Of a DNA stretch of 63,041 bases, positions 43,889-54,083 are shown one piece after another. Within the stretch, counting starts at the first letter, position 1; each line of letters opens with the position of its first letter. The notes under the pieces were generated by a model. The model was not told where the DNA came from and did no database searches. It worked only from the letters and a program-made list of their open reading frames with translations. Source of the DNA: Candidatus Kerfeldbacteria bacterium (lineage in GTDB: Bacteria; Patescibacteriota; Patescibacteriia; SBBC01; CAIJZX01); the NCBI GenBank assembly GCA_016193315.1, contig JACPSJ010000006.1, forward strand, positions 1-63,041, in the 5' to 3' direction. A program made the position numbers and the translations under genes.

Positions 43889-45180
43889 TCTAAGGCTCGA
43901 AGGATCTGAGCTCGACGCAGACCGTTGACCGGTCCGCGGATGACCATTGTCATTCGCTGCGGGTCAAGTACCTCGCGGGCGATTGTCCGCAGCTGCCGGC
44001 GAGAAAATCCTCGGACCAGGTGGAGATACTGTCGAACGGGGATGAAACGTCCGAGATTGAGCACTTGCTGAGCCGCAAACATCGCCGATGCCCACGGCTC
44101 ACTGAACCTGGACCTGGTGTCGATGCTGAGGTTGGTGACGGCCAAGTCAAGCTCCTCGGTCGAGACCAGATGTTCGCGCAACCGCTGCAGCTGACGGCCA
44201 ATGATCTGAGCGGCTTCACGCAGGTGGTCGCCTGACATCGGGAAATAGATCGAGTACCAGCCGATATCCTCCAGGCCACAGCAGGTGTCCGACAGACTGT
44301 AGCCGTGACCAAAACTGTCTAGTCCGAGCTTCAGCCAGCTGCTGGTCCGGTGCGACAGCATGTTACGGATCAGGCCAATGGCCGGTCGCCGTCGGTCGCG
44401 GACGCCCGGGGTCGGCCAGCCGACGAGGCAATGAAGTTGGTGGGTGCCATCGCGGAAAAGATGGAGTCCGCCTTTGACCTCGTGGAAATCGAGACTATGC
44501 TTCGGCGGCGAGGTGCCGGCGCGAATCGGACCGAAGACTTGACGGATGACTGGCTTGACCAGTTCCGGCTCGAACCCGCCAGCCAGAACCAAAACCATGC
44601 GCCGTCCGACAAAGGCTCGACGATGCAAGGCCCGGAGGTGGTCGATGGTGATCCGCTCGATCGTTCGTTCCGTCCCGAGGATCGGATGACCGAGTCCATT
44701 GGCCGGGAACATCAATCGGTGGAGATCGAGTAAAGCTCGCTCCTGCGGTTCGTCATTGAACTCGCGGCACTCTTGCCGAATCCGCTCGCGCTCGAAGGCC
44801 ACGTTCTCGGCGGTCAGCCGAGGTGAACGGATGATCTCGCCGAGGAGGCGGAGCATACCTCGGACCCGCCGTCGGTCTGACTCCATGACGTAGAGTTGAG
44901 TGCTCCAATCGGTGTAGGCGTTGTAATTCGAGCAGAGCGAGTCGGCATCACGAGCTAACTCGGCCCAGGTCGGGTGACGCCTCGTGGCGCGGAAGAAAGC
45001 GTGTTCACCGAAATGGTTGACGCCGGCCAGCAGGCTACCGTTCAGCAGTCGGCTGCTGCCATGGAAACCAACCGGGTCATCACGGCTGCCGCTCCGGATA
45101 CCGACTGCGGCGGTGGCCGAGAGCGAAGCCCAGGGTAACAGAACGACTGTTAGACCATTCGGCAACGAGAACTGGCTCAC
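43882..45180 (-). CDS. M16-family (pitrilysin/insulinase-like) zinc peptidase
   Basis: Inverted zinc motif HxxEH in GVNHFGEHAFFRAT; two-lobed, about 430 aa. Confidence 0.8.
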   Translation of the reverse strand: MSQFSLPNGLTVVLLPWASLSATAAVGIRSGSRDDPVGFHGSSRLLNGSLLAGVNHFGEHAFFRATRRHPTWAELARDADSLCSNYNAYTDWSTQLYVMESDRRRVRGMLRLLGEIIRSPRLTAENVAFERERIRQECREFNDEPQERALLDLHRLMFPANGLGHPILGTERTIERITIDHLRALHRRAFVGRRMVLVLAGGFEPELVKPVIRQVFGPIRAGTSPPKHSLDFHEVKGGLHLFRDGTHQLHCLVGWPTPGVRDRRRPAIGLIRNMLSHRTSSWLKLGLDSFGHGYSLSDTCCGLEDIGWYSIYFPMSGDHLREAAQIIGRQLQRLREHLVSTEELDLAVTNLSIDTRSRFSEPWASAMFAAQQVLNLGRFIPVRQYLHLVRGFSRRQLRTIAREVLDPQRMTMVIRGPVNGLRRAQILRALDP

Positions 45181-45281
45181 CAGCCACCTCCCTTCGGGAA
45201 ACGGTGTGATGTTGAAAGGGACGAGAAAAACAAGCTGAGCTATCCTATCACAGTCCGGCCGGGAAGCAAGAGCGATGTCGG

Positions 45282-47333
45282 CTATCGTCGCCGTGCGCCG
45301 AAGCGAAGTGCCTTAACTCGTTTTCCCCTCCCGGGGCGAGTCAGGACGGACAACTCGCCTTTTGGCAACCGTTTCTCCAACGCGGTCAGTTGATCTCGCC
45401 ACAAGGCGGCCTTTTCAAACTCCAGGTTGCGAGCCGCCAGGTCCATCTTTTCGCGTAATTGTTTAATCACAAAGTTCAGTTCGTCGGTTGGAATGCCGGC
45501 CACGTTCAATTTCGGCACCTCATACAGCTCGCGCTTCAGGCCGACTAGATGTTCGGCGCGGATGGCTTTGGTGATTGAGGTCGGGGTGACTTGGTGTTGC
45601 CGGTTGTAGGCTTCTTGGACGGCCCGCCGGCGCTTCGACTCACCAATGGCGCGGGCCATGGAACCGGTAATGGTGTCGGCGTACATAATTACTCGGCCAT
45701 CGAGATGCCGAGCCGCCCGGCCCATGACTTGGAGCAACGCCGTCTCGGAGCGCAAAAAACCTTCTTTGTCGGCGTCGAGGATGGCGACGAACGAAACCTC
45801 CGGCAGGTCCAATCCTTCCCGGAGAAGATTGATGCCGACCACGACCTCGTATTTTCCCAACCGCAGATCACGAAGGATTTCTAATCTTTCGAGAGTTTCC
45901 ACATCGGAGTGGAGGTAGTGAACCTTGATTCCTGCTTCATCGAGATATTCAGCCAAGTCCTCGGCCATACGTTTTGTCAGCGTCGTGACCAGTACCCGCT
46001 GGCCTTTGGCTGTCGTCTTCTTGATCTCGGTCAGAAGATCGTCGATTTGGTGCTTGGCCGGCCGGACGCTGATGGCCGGATCGAGCAGGCCGGTCGGGCG
46101 GATGAGCTGTTCGACCACTTGTCGCGATTCTTTGAGTTCATATTCGGCCGGAGTGGCGGAAACGAAGATGCGTTGCTTAATGCGGTTGAGAAACTCATCG
46201 AATTTCAGCGGCCGGTTATCCAGCGCCGAGGGCAAGCGAAACCCATAGTCTACGAGCGTCTGTTTCCGCGAGCGATCGCCCTCATACATGCCGCGAATCT
46301 GGGGGACGGTCATATGCGACTCATCAATGAATAACATGAACCCCTTTGGAAAGTAATCGAGAAGGGTGGCCGGTGGCTGACCGGCCTGACGGAAGTCGAA
46401 GAACCGCGAGTAGTTTTCAATGCCAGTGCAGTATCCAACGGACTCAATCATTTCCAGGTCGAAGCTAGTCCGTTGTCCGATCCGTTCGGCTTCCAAAAGT
46501 TTCCCCTGCCGCTTGAGCCAACCGACTCGGTCGGCCAGCTCGGCCCGGATGGTTTTGGTTATGGTCGGGAGTTGTTCTTCGGCCGCCACGAACTGACGGG
46601 CCGGGAAAACCGTTACCCGCTGATACGGCTCGCCGGTTCGGCCGGTCAATGGATCAAGGCGGTGCATGTTGGCCACCGTGGCATTGTCGAATTGAACACG
46701 GATCGCCTCTTCACTGTAAGCCGGATGGATGTCGAGCGTTTCTCCGCGGACCCGATAGGTGCCGCGGGTAAAGTCGTAATCATTCCGTTGGTAGAGGGCT
46801 AGGTTGAGGGCGCGCAACAATTCAGTGCGTAGCTGTTTTTGCCCGGCCGTGATAGTCACCGCCGCCCGCAGATATTGCGTCGGGTTACCGAGGCCGTAGA
46901 TGCATGAGACGGACGCGACGATCAACACGTCCGGTCTGGTTAGGAGTGCGTGCGTGGCCGCATTCCGCAGGCGATCGATTTCTTCGTTGATCTCCGATTC
47001 TTTCTCAATGTAGGTGTCGGTCCGGGGGACGTATGCTTCCGGCTGGTAGTAATCGTAGTAGGAGACGAAATAGTGGACCGCGTTGTCGGGGAAGAACGAT
47101 TGGAACTCGCTGGCCAGCTGCGCGGCCAAGGTTTTATTGTGGGAAACCACTAAGGTTGGTCGCTGGAGCTGGGCCACGACGTTGGCCATGGTAAAAGTTT
47201 TTCCCGAGCCGGTGACGCCGAGCAGAGTTTGGGCTTGGTCGCCGCGTTTTAGTCCGGCCACCAGCTTGGCGATCGCGGCTGGCTGATCACCAGTCGGCTT
47301 GAAGGGCGCCACGAGTTGGAACTTCTTGGCCAT
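45282..47333 (-). CDS. uvrB: Excinuclease ABC subunit B
   Basis: [21 protein letters not shown] (Walker A), DESH and a C-terminal UVR domain ([11 protein letters not shown]). I chose the start at the ATG at 47333. Confidence 0.95.
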   Translation of the reverse strand: MAKKFQLVAPFKPTGDQPAAIAKLVAGLKRGDQAQTLLGVTGSGKTFTMANVVAQLQRPTLVVSHNKTLAAQLASEFQSFFPDNAVHYFVSYYDYYQPEAYVPRTDTYIEKESEINEEIDRLRNAATHALLTRPDVLIVASVSCIYGLGNPTQYLRAAVTITAGQKQLRTELLRALNLALYQRNDYDFTRGTYRVRGETLDIHPAYSEEAIRVQFDNATVANMHRLDPLTGRTGEPYQRVTVFPARQFVAAEEQLPTITKTIRAELADRVGWLKRQGKLLEAERIGQRTSFDLEMIESVGYCTGIENYSRFFDFRQAGQPPATLLDYFPKGFMLFIDESHMTVPQIRGMYEGDRSRKQTLVDYGFRLPSALDNRPLKFDEFLNRIKQRIFVSATPAEYELKESRQVVEQLIRPTGLLDPAISVRPAKHQIDDLLTEIKKTTAKGQRVLVTTLTKRMAEDLAEYLDEAGIKVHYLHSDVETLERLEILRDLRLGKYEVVVGINLLREGLDLPEVSFVAILDADKEGFLRSETALLQVMGRAARHLDGRVIMYADTITGSMARAIGESKRRRAVQEAYNRQHQVTPTSITKAIRAEHLVGLKRELYEVPKLNVAGIPTDELNFVIKQLREKMDLAARNLEFEKAALWRDQLTALEKRLPKGELSVLTRPGRGKRVKALRFGARRR

Positions 47334-47417
47334 GGCCCCCAGCCTACCATGACGGTCCGGCAAAGCCAAAAACGCGGCTGGCCATTTCTCGCGCTTTTCG
47401 CTAGGCTGATAGTAACT

Positions 47418-49025
47418 ATGGCCTACCGCCGAACGTTATCTTCCCGGTCGTTCAGACGCCGGTTTGCAGAACATACTCACCTAGCGACGGCCGAGCGAGT
47501 TGACATCGACCAACGAATAGCGATCAGCTTGGTAGCCTTGTCACTGGGGCTTATTTCACTTGGGCTCGGCCTGTCTTTTTTGAAATATCCGGCGGCCTTA
47601 CTGATTGTGCCGACGGAAGCGTCAGCCGGTCCCATCTCCTCGGCCACGGCCGTGACTATCTCATGGACCGCGCCGAGCAGCGTTAACCCCTTTTCTCGCG
47701 TCGTCGCCTACAATCTTCGTTACTCCACCACCCCGATCACGGAGGTGAATTTTGCCGCGGCCACGCCAGCGCCGAACCTGCCATCGCCGCAGCCAGCTGG
47801 TACCACTGAGCGTTTGACGGTCAGGGGCCTCGAACCGGCCACGACATATTTCTTCGCCCTCAAGATGGTTGAGGATACCGGTCTAATCTCCCCGATTCTA
47901 ACAGTCATGGCGAAAACCACCGACGGGGCGAACGAGGGGTGCGTGCCGCAGTACCGATGTAGCGGATGGTCGAGTTGTCTGCAAGGAACCACACTCAGAG
48001 AGTGTTCGGTGATCAACGGCTGCGCCAGCGATCTTGGCCAGCCGGTCATTGAGCAAGCTTGCGGGCTCGGCCCAGTTCCCGAACCGCTGCCCCGGCAGCT
48101 GGCCGCCAGTCTGACCACCAACCGCGGCCCGCGTCTGGCCATGGTTAATCTGGCGACTGAGCAAACCTCGGTCGTTGATCTTCTCTGGCCGCAGGCGCGT
48201 AGTTTCGAAGTAGCGTTGGGGGACGTCGATGGCGACCAAGAGACTGATTTAGCAGCTAGCAGCGGGCGAGGACTGGTTAGAATCCTAACCTCGATCGGCC
48301 AGTCACTGGCCGAGTTTGAACCGTACCCGACCAGTCCAGACCAGGCAGTGGTTTTGGCCACCGGCGACGTGAACGGCGATGGACTGGATGAAATCCTAAC
48401 CGTCCCAGCCAACTCAACCTCCCAGGTTCGTATCTGGCATTATGATCCAGCCAGCGGCAAAATCCGGCTACTGAATCAAATCTTTGCTTTCCCATTCCGC
48501 GAGCAGTATGGTTACCGGCTGGCGACTGGTGATTTCGATCTTGACGGCCGGGATGAATTCGTGGTGGCGCAAAACTCAGGGCGTTCGAAAGTTCGCATCT
48601 TTCGCCTGCGACTAGCCGGTACCGTCGAGCGGGTGGCGACCTTCGAAGCCTACCGTCAACCGATTGACCATGGTCAGAGCGTCGCGGTCGGCGACGTTAC
48701 CGGCGACGGCCGGGCTGAGTTCCTGACGGCGCCGGGGGCGGGGGCGCTGCCGGAAGTGAAAGTCTTCGACTCCGCCGGTCGACAACTTTTTTCCTTCCTT
48801 GCCTCCTCGACGGCTGACCGCAGCGGCCTGGAACTAACGACGGCTGAAGTCGATGATGACGGTCAGGATGAAATTTTGATTGGACGGTCAATCAAGACGA
48901 ATGGAGAGGTCGCAATCTGGCGTTACGAGTCAGCTTCCAATCAGTTTCGTCAAAGCGGGCGGTTCAGGGTCTGGCCCCCAACGGTTCGCGGTCAACTGCG
49001 CCTGGGTGCGGTTCCACACCAATGA
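47418..49025 (+). CDS. Membrane-anchored FG-GAP/VCBS-repeat protein with a fibronectin-III-like domain
   Basis: N-terminal TM helix and repeated GDVDGDxxxD / [10 protein letters not shown] / [10 protein letters not shown] / [10 protein letters not shown] calcium-binding loops. Confidence 0.75.
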   Translation: MAYRRTLSSRSFRRRFAEHTHLATAERVDIDQRIAISLVALSLGLISLGLGLSFLKYPAALLIVPTEASAGPISSATAVTISWTAPSSVNPFSRVVAYNLRYSTTPITEVNFAAATPAPNLPSPQPAGTTERLTVRGLEPATTYFFALKMVEDTGLISPILTVMAKTTDGANEGCVPQYRCSGWSSCLQGTTLRECSVINGCASDLGQPVIEQACGLGPVPEPLPRQLAASLTTNRGPRLAMVNLATEQTSVVDLLWPQARSFEVALGDVDGDQETDLAASSGRGLVRILTSIGQSLAEFEPYPTSPDQAVVLATGDVNGDGLDEILTVPANSTSQVRIWHYDPASGKIRLLNQIFAFPFREQYGYRLATGDFDLDGRDEFVVAQNSGRSKVRIFRLRLAGTVERVATFEAYRQPIDHGQSVAVGDVTGDGRAEFLTAPGAGALPEVKVFDSAGRQLFSFLASSTADRSGLELTTAEVDDDGQDEILIGRSIKTNGEVAIWRYESASNQFRQSGRFRVWPPTVRGQLRLGAVPHQ

Positions 49026-49102
49026 GCCCGTTAGAGCGCCCGCGAAAAAAAGATATTCGCACACATGTCTCTCCACGCCATAAACAGTAACGCTCTAACG
49101 GG

Positions 49103-49660
49103 GTGATTGCCTCTCTCACCGGTCGTGTAACTGATCGCGACGAGCGAACCGTGACGCTCGACGTCCATGGTGTTGGCTTTCGGATCCATGTCCTGCCGCG
49201 AGCCCAAGAACAGTTGTCGAAGAACACCGCGGCGGTCACGATCATGACCCACCTCCATGTGCGGGAGGACGCGCTTGAGCTCTACGGTTTCCTGAGCCGC
49301 GAAGAAGTGCGCCTATTCGAACAGTTATTGACGGTTTCCGGTGTCGGGCCGCGGATGGCCATGGCCGTCCTATCCGCGGCCAGCGTCCAGGACTTGACCC
49401 AGGCAATTGACCGCGGCCGATCGAGCTTGCTGACGAAAGTCTCGGGCATCGGCAAAAAAACAGCCGAGCGGATTATTGTCGACCTGCGCGGAAAACTAGC
49501 TGAGGAGGAGACAGCCGATGATAGCCTGTCCGCGGTTATTGACGCCCTCGTTAGTTTAGGATATTCCAGCCGCGAAGCGCGGGAGGCGGCCGTCGGGACT
49601 CCGCCGAGCGCCACCGTCGAAGAGCGAATCAAGGCGGCTTTGAAACGAATGGGACGATAA
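49103..49660 (+). CDS. ruvA: Holliday junction DNA helicase subunit RuvA
   Basis: MIASLTGRV..., VGFRIHV, LLTVSGVGPRMA and GIGKKTAERI helix-hairpin-helix motifs. Confidence 0.9.
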   Translation: MIASLTGRVTDRDERTVTLDVHGVGFRIHVLPRAQEQLSKNTAAVTIMTHLHVREDALELYGFLSREEVRLFEQLLTVSGVGPRMAMAVLSAASVQDLTQAIDRGRSSLLTKVSGIGKKTAERIIVDLRGKLAEEETADDSLSAVIDALVSLGYSSREAREAAVGTPPSATVEERIKAALKRMGR

Positions 49661-49667
49661 GCGGCCA

Positions 49668-50675
49668 ATGTTTGTCGTTCGACCACTGGCCGAGCGCCAG
49701 GAATTGGAGCAGCTGATCGCCGCTCAGCCGCTTCATCCCTTCCTTCAAAGTTGGGCTTGGGGCGACTTTCAAGCGTCTGTGGGTCGGAAGATCTGGCGGC
49801 TTGGTGGCTATGAAGAGAAGCAGCTAGGCGGCGCGGCCTTAGTTATCGAGCATCAAATTTTGCTCGGCAAAACCTACCTCTATTGTCCGCGCGGACCGTT
49901 GGCGAGCAACCGAGCAGTATTCGATAAGCTGCTCGCGGCGATCCAGCGCCTCGCCGCCGAGCAGGGCGCGATGTATGCAAAAGCCGATCCTGGGCGCTAC
50001 TCCTTCGCCCTCTCCGCCGAGAGTTTGCCGGCTGGCTACGAGCTAGGTACCCCCTTGCAGCCGCGGCAGACGCTGCTCATCGATCTGCGCCCGTCGACGG
50101 CCGAGTTGCTGGCCGCGATGCATCGAAAGACCCGATACAACATCCGTCTGGCTGAACGTAAGGGCGTGACGATTCGGTGGTCGAAGAGCGCCGAGGATAT
50201 CTCGTTGTTTTTATCCTTGCTCCACCAAACCGCCGCCCGGCAGGGGATTCGGCTTCACGGCGACGACTACTATCGACAGCTGATTACTATTCTGGGAGCC
50301 GCCGGGATGGCCGAACTCGTCATCGGTGAGTATCACGGTCAAGCGCTGGCGGCGCACCTGATGATTTGGCACGGCCAAACTGCGACTTATCTTCATGGCG
50401 CCTCATCGGGAGAACAACAAGAGCTGATGGCCCCGCACCTCGTGCAGTGGCGGTCGATTGAGCGGGCTAAGCAGCGCGGCTGCACGACCTACGATTTCTG
50501 GGGCGTGGCCCCGGCCGATCAGCCGGGCCATAAATGGGCCGGCATCACCCGTTTCAAAAAGGGATTCGGAGGACATGTCGAAGTGTTTCCGCCGGCAGTC
50601 AACGCGATTATCCAACCACAATGGTACTGGGCCTACCGGATGGCCAAGCGGTTGCGGGGAGGGGTGGACGAGTAA
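49668..50675 (+). CDS. FemAB-family peptidoglycan aminoacyltransferase
   Basis: 335 aa with FLQSWAWGDF, KTRYNIRLAERKG, the pair HGASS and TYDFWG, and GITRFKKGFGG. Confidence 0.75.
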   Translation: MFVVRPLAERQELEQLIAAQPLHPFLQSWAWGDFQASVGRKIWRLGGYEEKQLGGAALVIEHQILLGKTYLYCPRGPLASNRAVFDKLLAAIQRLAAEQGAMYAKADPGRYSFALSAESLPAGYELGTPLQPRQTLLIDLRPSTAELLAAMHRKTRYNIRLAERKGVTIRWSKSAEDISLFLSLLHQTAARQGIRLHGDDYYRQLITILGAAGMAELVIGEYHGQALAAHLMIWHGQTATYLHGASSGEQQELMAPHLVQWRSIERAKQRGCTTYDFWGVAPADQPGHKWAGITRFKKGFGGHVEVFPPAVNAIIQPQWYWAYRMAKRLRGGVDE

Positions 50676-50683
50676 TTTGATTT

Positions 50684-51388
50684 GTGATGCTAAACCAGAG
50701 GGAGATCGAAACAATCACCCGACTTCAGCTAGAGATGCAGCGAAGATTTCGTACAGTCCCGGGGCATGGGGTCGAGGTCGAATACCTAGGCGAGAAATTT
50801 GTTGTTCTACCGGATGTATTTTGGCCATTTGTTGATAGCCAACCGTTGGTTGAGAATTACGTTGTACATCCGGGTGAAGAAGTTCTGGATATTGGTACTG
50901 GGACTGGAGTCATAGCCATCTTTTCGGCCAAGAAGGGAGCCAGGAAGGTGGTAGCGCTTGATATCAGCTCTCGGGCTGTAGCAAACGCAAGGATCAATGC
51001 CGATCAACATGGGTATAATCATATTATAGAGGTTCGACAATCCGACGTATTCTCTGCTCTCAAGAGGAATGAGCAGTTCGACGTGATTACCGCCAACCTG
51101 CCATTTCGCAACCAACCGGCCGCGGATGCAGTTGAAGCAACACAATGGGACGAGAATTTTCAGGCTCACAAGAGATTTTTCGGAGGGGTGAATCACTATC
51201 TCAAACCTGGTGGGCGGATCTATTTGGCACAGGCAAACTTCGGTGGGTTGAAGGAGATGCACCTGATGGCAAAAAATGGTGGATTTTCTGTACGTCAAAT
51301 CGGTCAACGGGTGATGCCAGAAGGCGATCCCAGGATTTTTTATGCCTTTGAGTTGGTAAAGGATGAAGGGTATACTGCGCAGGCATGA
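50684..51388 (+). CDS. Class I SAM-dependent methyltransferase (HemK/PrmC-like small-domain type, NLPF variant of NPPY)
   Basis: VLDIGTGTGVIAI (motif I) and ITANLPF (motif IV). Confidence 0.7.
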   Translation: MMLNQREIETITRLQLEMQRRFRTVPGHGVEVEYLGEKFVVLPDVFWPFVDSQPLVENYVVHPGEEVLDIGTGTGVIAIFSAKKGARKVVALDISSRAVANARINADQHGYNHIIEVRQSDVFSALKRNEQFDVITANLPFRNQPAADAVEATQWDENFQAHKRFFGGVNHYLKPGGRIYLAQANFGGLKEMHLMAKNGGFSVRQIGQRVMPEGDPRIFYAFELVKDEGYTAQA

Positions 51389-51592
51389 GCCTTTCTCTGA
51401 CTATACTTTGGATCATCCTTATTTCCGGTTTTACCATTTTCGGCGCATTCTGGCGCGGACAATCTTGGGAAGGGATATGATCAAACCCGAAGTCTCGGTG
51501 GGGATCACCAACCGTCCAACTTAAATCAGACGACCCAAGCGGCTGCGGGGCCGGGTGGACGAGTAAAAAAGCCTACGTGCGGACCTTCATGG

Positions 51593-52585
51593 TTAGGCCC
51601 GTCGGCTGTAAACTCCCTCGATTTCTTCTCGCTTTACTGGGTTGATTCCGATAGTTTGGAACTGAAGCGTCCCGGCAATGATGCCGAGCTCAGCCGCCTC
51701 TTCGACGCTTCGACCCCGGTGAATGTATGCACCAAATGCGGCAATGGTTTGGTCCCCGCAGCCGGTTTCGTCGTTCGCAGACGTGGTCGCGGTGAGGGGC
51801 GCCGGAATGTGTTTGCGCACTTGGTCGGTGAATAGGTATCCGCCAAGGGCACCGGCGGTGATAAGTACGTTTTTGATACCGTACGATTGTAAAACTCTGG
51901 CCGCCCGACCGGCGGTAGCAAAATCCGTCACCTCCACCCCGGTCAGAATTTTAGCCTCGTGTTCATTCGGCTTGATCAAGAATAATTCTGTCGGTACTAA
52001 GGCCCGGCCGTCGATGGCGGATTTAATTCCGCCCGGATCCAACAATATCCTGAGACCAAGAGCCGCCGCCTTTTTCATCGCGTGAATCGCTGTCGGGAAA
52101 GGACATTCTAGCGTGACCAAAAGAATGCCGTTGTTTTTACTAGCCATGGTAAATGCTGTGGTGGCGTCGTCAATATCGGCGGGAGAGAAATCGTTACTGG
52201 CACCCGGCAGGACAAAAATCTGGTTACGGCCATGTTCATCGACCGGAATTAATGCCACGCCCGGAAAGAGATTCCCAGATTGAGTCTTAAGATACTTTGT
52301 GTTTACGCCAGCTTGGTGCAGCGCATCAACTGGTACTCGCCACAGGCCATACGAATCTTTCGCGGTTCGGCCGACCATAACAACCCTATCTCTTCCGGCT
52401 AGATAGGCAATCATCTGGGCAATGTTGCGCGATTTTCCTCCCGGGCCAATTTTCAGTTCTCGACCGTATACGTGTTCGCCCGGTTGCGGGAAGCGTTCGA
52501 CGCCGGCAGCAATAATGTCGGTATTCAATGCACCAATAACAATGAATGAAATGCCCATCAGTGAAGGATCCGGGGTCTTTTTCAT
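51593..52585 (-). CDS. PfkB-family carbohydrate/nucleoside kinase (ribokinase-like)
   Basis: VIGALNTDI, GPGGKSRN and the C-terminal DETGCGD (DTxGAGD-type) motif. Confidence 0.8.
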   Translation of the reverse strand: MKKTPDPSLMGISFIVIGALNTDIIAAGVERFPQPGEHVYGRELKIGPGGKSRNIAQMIAYLAGRDRVVMVGRTAKDSYGLWRVPVDALHQAGVNTKYLKTQSGNLFPGVALIPVDEHGRNQIFVLPGASNDFSPADIDDATTAFTMASKNNGILLVTLECPFPTAIHAMKKAAALGLRILLDPGGIKSAIDGRALVPTELFLIKPNEHEAKILTGVEVTDFATAGRAARVLQSYGIKNVLITAGALGGYLFTDQVRKHIPAPLTATTSANDETGCGDQTIAAFGAYIHRGRSVEEAAELGIIAGTLQFQTIGINPVKREEIEGVYSRRA

Positions 52586-52714
52586 CGACTTAATTGTAGC
52601 ATAAGGTTGTCCTAGCGCTTGGAGCACTCTCAACACATGCGGGGGCGGAGTGGACGAGTCGCGCAGTTTTTCCTATACTCCACGGCGATCATTCAGTCCG
52701 GCACCAATTCCTTT

Positions 52715-52749
52715 GTCCCTATAGCTCAACGGATAGAGCGCCGGCCTCC
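52715..52749 (+). pseudogene. tRNA 5'-half fragment (acceptor + D arm + anticodon-stem 5' strand), related to the downstream tRNA-Arg
   Basis: GTCCCTATAGCTCAACGGATAGAGCGCCGGCCTCC aligns with GTCCCCATAGCACAGTGGATAGTGCGTCGGCCTCC (52851-52885). No matching 3' half follows. Confidence 0.6.
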
Positions 52750-52780
52750 CCCGCACCATTCGCTGCGCTCAGGTGCGGGG
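52749..52780. repeat. Hairpin CCCCGCACC-N14-GGTGCGGGG, with the same stem as 25580-25604
   Basis: Identical 9-bp stem sequence at two unrelated loci. Confidence 0.6.
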
Positions 52781-52850
52781 TAAACTCCGCCGTACATTTC
52801 ATCATTACCCAGTGCCCTCGTGGTTCAACGCATACCCAGCACCACTCTGG

Positions 52851-52925
52851 GTCCCCATAGCACAGTGGATAGTGCGTCGGCCTCCGGAGCCGGAAACAGA
52901 GGTTCGAATCCTCTTGGGGACACCA
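52851..52925 (+). tRNA. tRNA-Arg (anticodon CCG), encoded CCA
   Basis: Acceptor GTCCCCA/TGGGGAC; D arm GCACAGTGGATAGTGC; anticodon stem TCGGC/GCCGG with loop CTCCGGA; T arm with GGTTCGAATCC; ACCA end. Confidence 0.9.
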
Positions 52926-53044
52926 GAGTGGTGCTGGGCGGAGCTCGAGATACGGGTTCGATTCTTCTTAGGGAAGTAGGAGTGGTGCGGGAGGTAAGAA
53001 TGTCATTTCGAAAAAAACACGGCCTAGGCCGCCTGGGGCAAACC

Positions 53045-53078
53045 AAAAAAGTCGCCCCTCCATTTCAAGCGACTTTTT
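53045..53078. terminator. Bidirectional intrinsic terminator
   Basis: AAAAAGTCGC-loop-GCGACTTTTT lies directly downstream of the minus-strand gene that ends at 53086. Confidence 0.6.
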
Positions 53079-53085
53079 GGCACCT

Positions 53086-53670
53086 CTACAGTTTGACGAA
53101 GAGAGTCGCTCCGCCGATGGACTCGTCGAAGTGAATCAAGCCGGGCATGATAATCCGCACTCCTTCAACGGCTCCGCTGGGAATGGAATCTCCCAACGTG
53201 CAGTCGATGATCACGTAGCCGAAGAACTTCTGACTTGGATTGTCGTCGAGGACCGCCTCAATCAACAGTCTGGCCCGCCCACCATCGAAGTTGTCTGGTA
53301 ATCCCTGGGTCGCACCAGAACCATACGACCGGTAGCTGACGCGATAGAGCGCTCGCCAGGTCCCGGTGGCGATTATTTCTCCATCAGCATTCCGATGGAC
53401 AAATGTCCCGCCGCCAGTCACATCGTCTGGACGATGACCAAACGTGCCCGTCCCAACTACTTCGACTGTGTCGCCGTTCGCGGCCCGGGCGATGTCCGGT
53501 CCGAAGCTAGGGTCAAAGGCGGTCAGGAAGGCATCGCCGATGTGGTACTCGTAGGTGACCGGGTGAAACGCCGTGGCCCGTTGGAATGGAAACAAAGCCA
53601 AAACGGTCAACAACGCCATCCCTCCAAAGATGCTTTTTTTTAGTCCGCGTGTGTTGTTCAATTGGTTCAC
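53086..53670 (-). CDS. Secreted hypothetical protein (194 aa)
   Basis: Signal peptide KKSIFGGMALLTVLALFPFQRATA and a terminator after the stop. Confidence 0.6.
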   Translation of the reverse strand: MNQLNNTRGLKKSIFGGMALLTVLALFPFQRATAFHPVTYEYHIGDAFLTAFDPSFGPDIARAANGDTVEVVGTGTFGHRPDDVTGGGTFVHRNADGEIIATGTWRALYRVSYRSYGSGATQGLPDNFDGGRARLLIEAVLDDNPSQKFFGYVIIDCTLGDSIPSGAVEGVRIIMPGLIHFDESIGGATLFVKL

Positions 53671-54083
53671 CCCCTTTCGTGGGAGATACGACCTCGAAAG
53701 TTAGTGTGTCATTACCGTCTGGCGGCGTCAACCACAGGCCGGCACAAGGCCGGGACTAAGGAAGATAGGGCTTAGTCAAACACTTCCCGTAGAGGAAAGC
53801 CCGACCGAGGCCGTGTGCCAGGTGAAGGCTGGAATAGAATTATAGAACGGGGCCACGCGTTCATCTATGGGCGCTTTGACCTCCTGTCGCATCGCAAAAC
53901 ATGATTTTTTGATTGACAAATCAATTTTTTTGTGCTACAATACATGATGTAAATGGCTAACTTTAGCCAAAAATAACAAAAATAAGTTATCGAATGGAGG
54001 GTTTCGAAAAAACAATCCTTTCGAAGAAAGGTCTCAAACAATAGAACCATGAGGCTTACTCATCGGTTTTTGTGCTTACTCAT

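Noticed and set aside
52715-52850. Considered that the tRNA-like fragment at 52715 is an intron-containing or split tRNA.
   Set aside because: No complementary anticodon-stem 3' strand, valid T arm or TAGGGAC acceptor strand follows within a plausible distance. The nearest candidate (about 52950-52975) lacks a foldable T stem. I call it a relic fragment instead.
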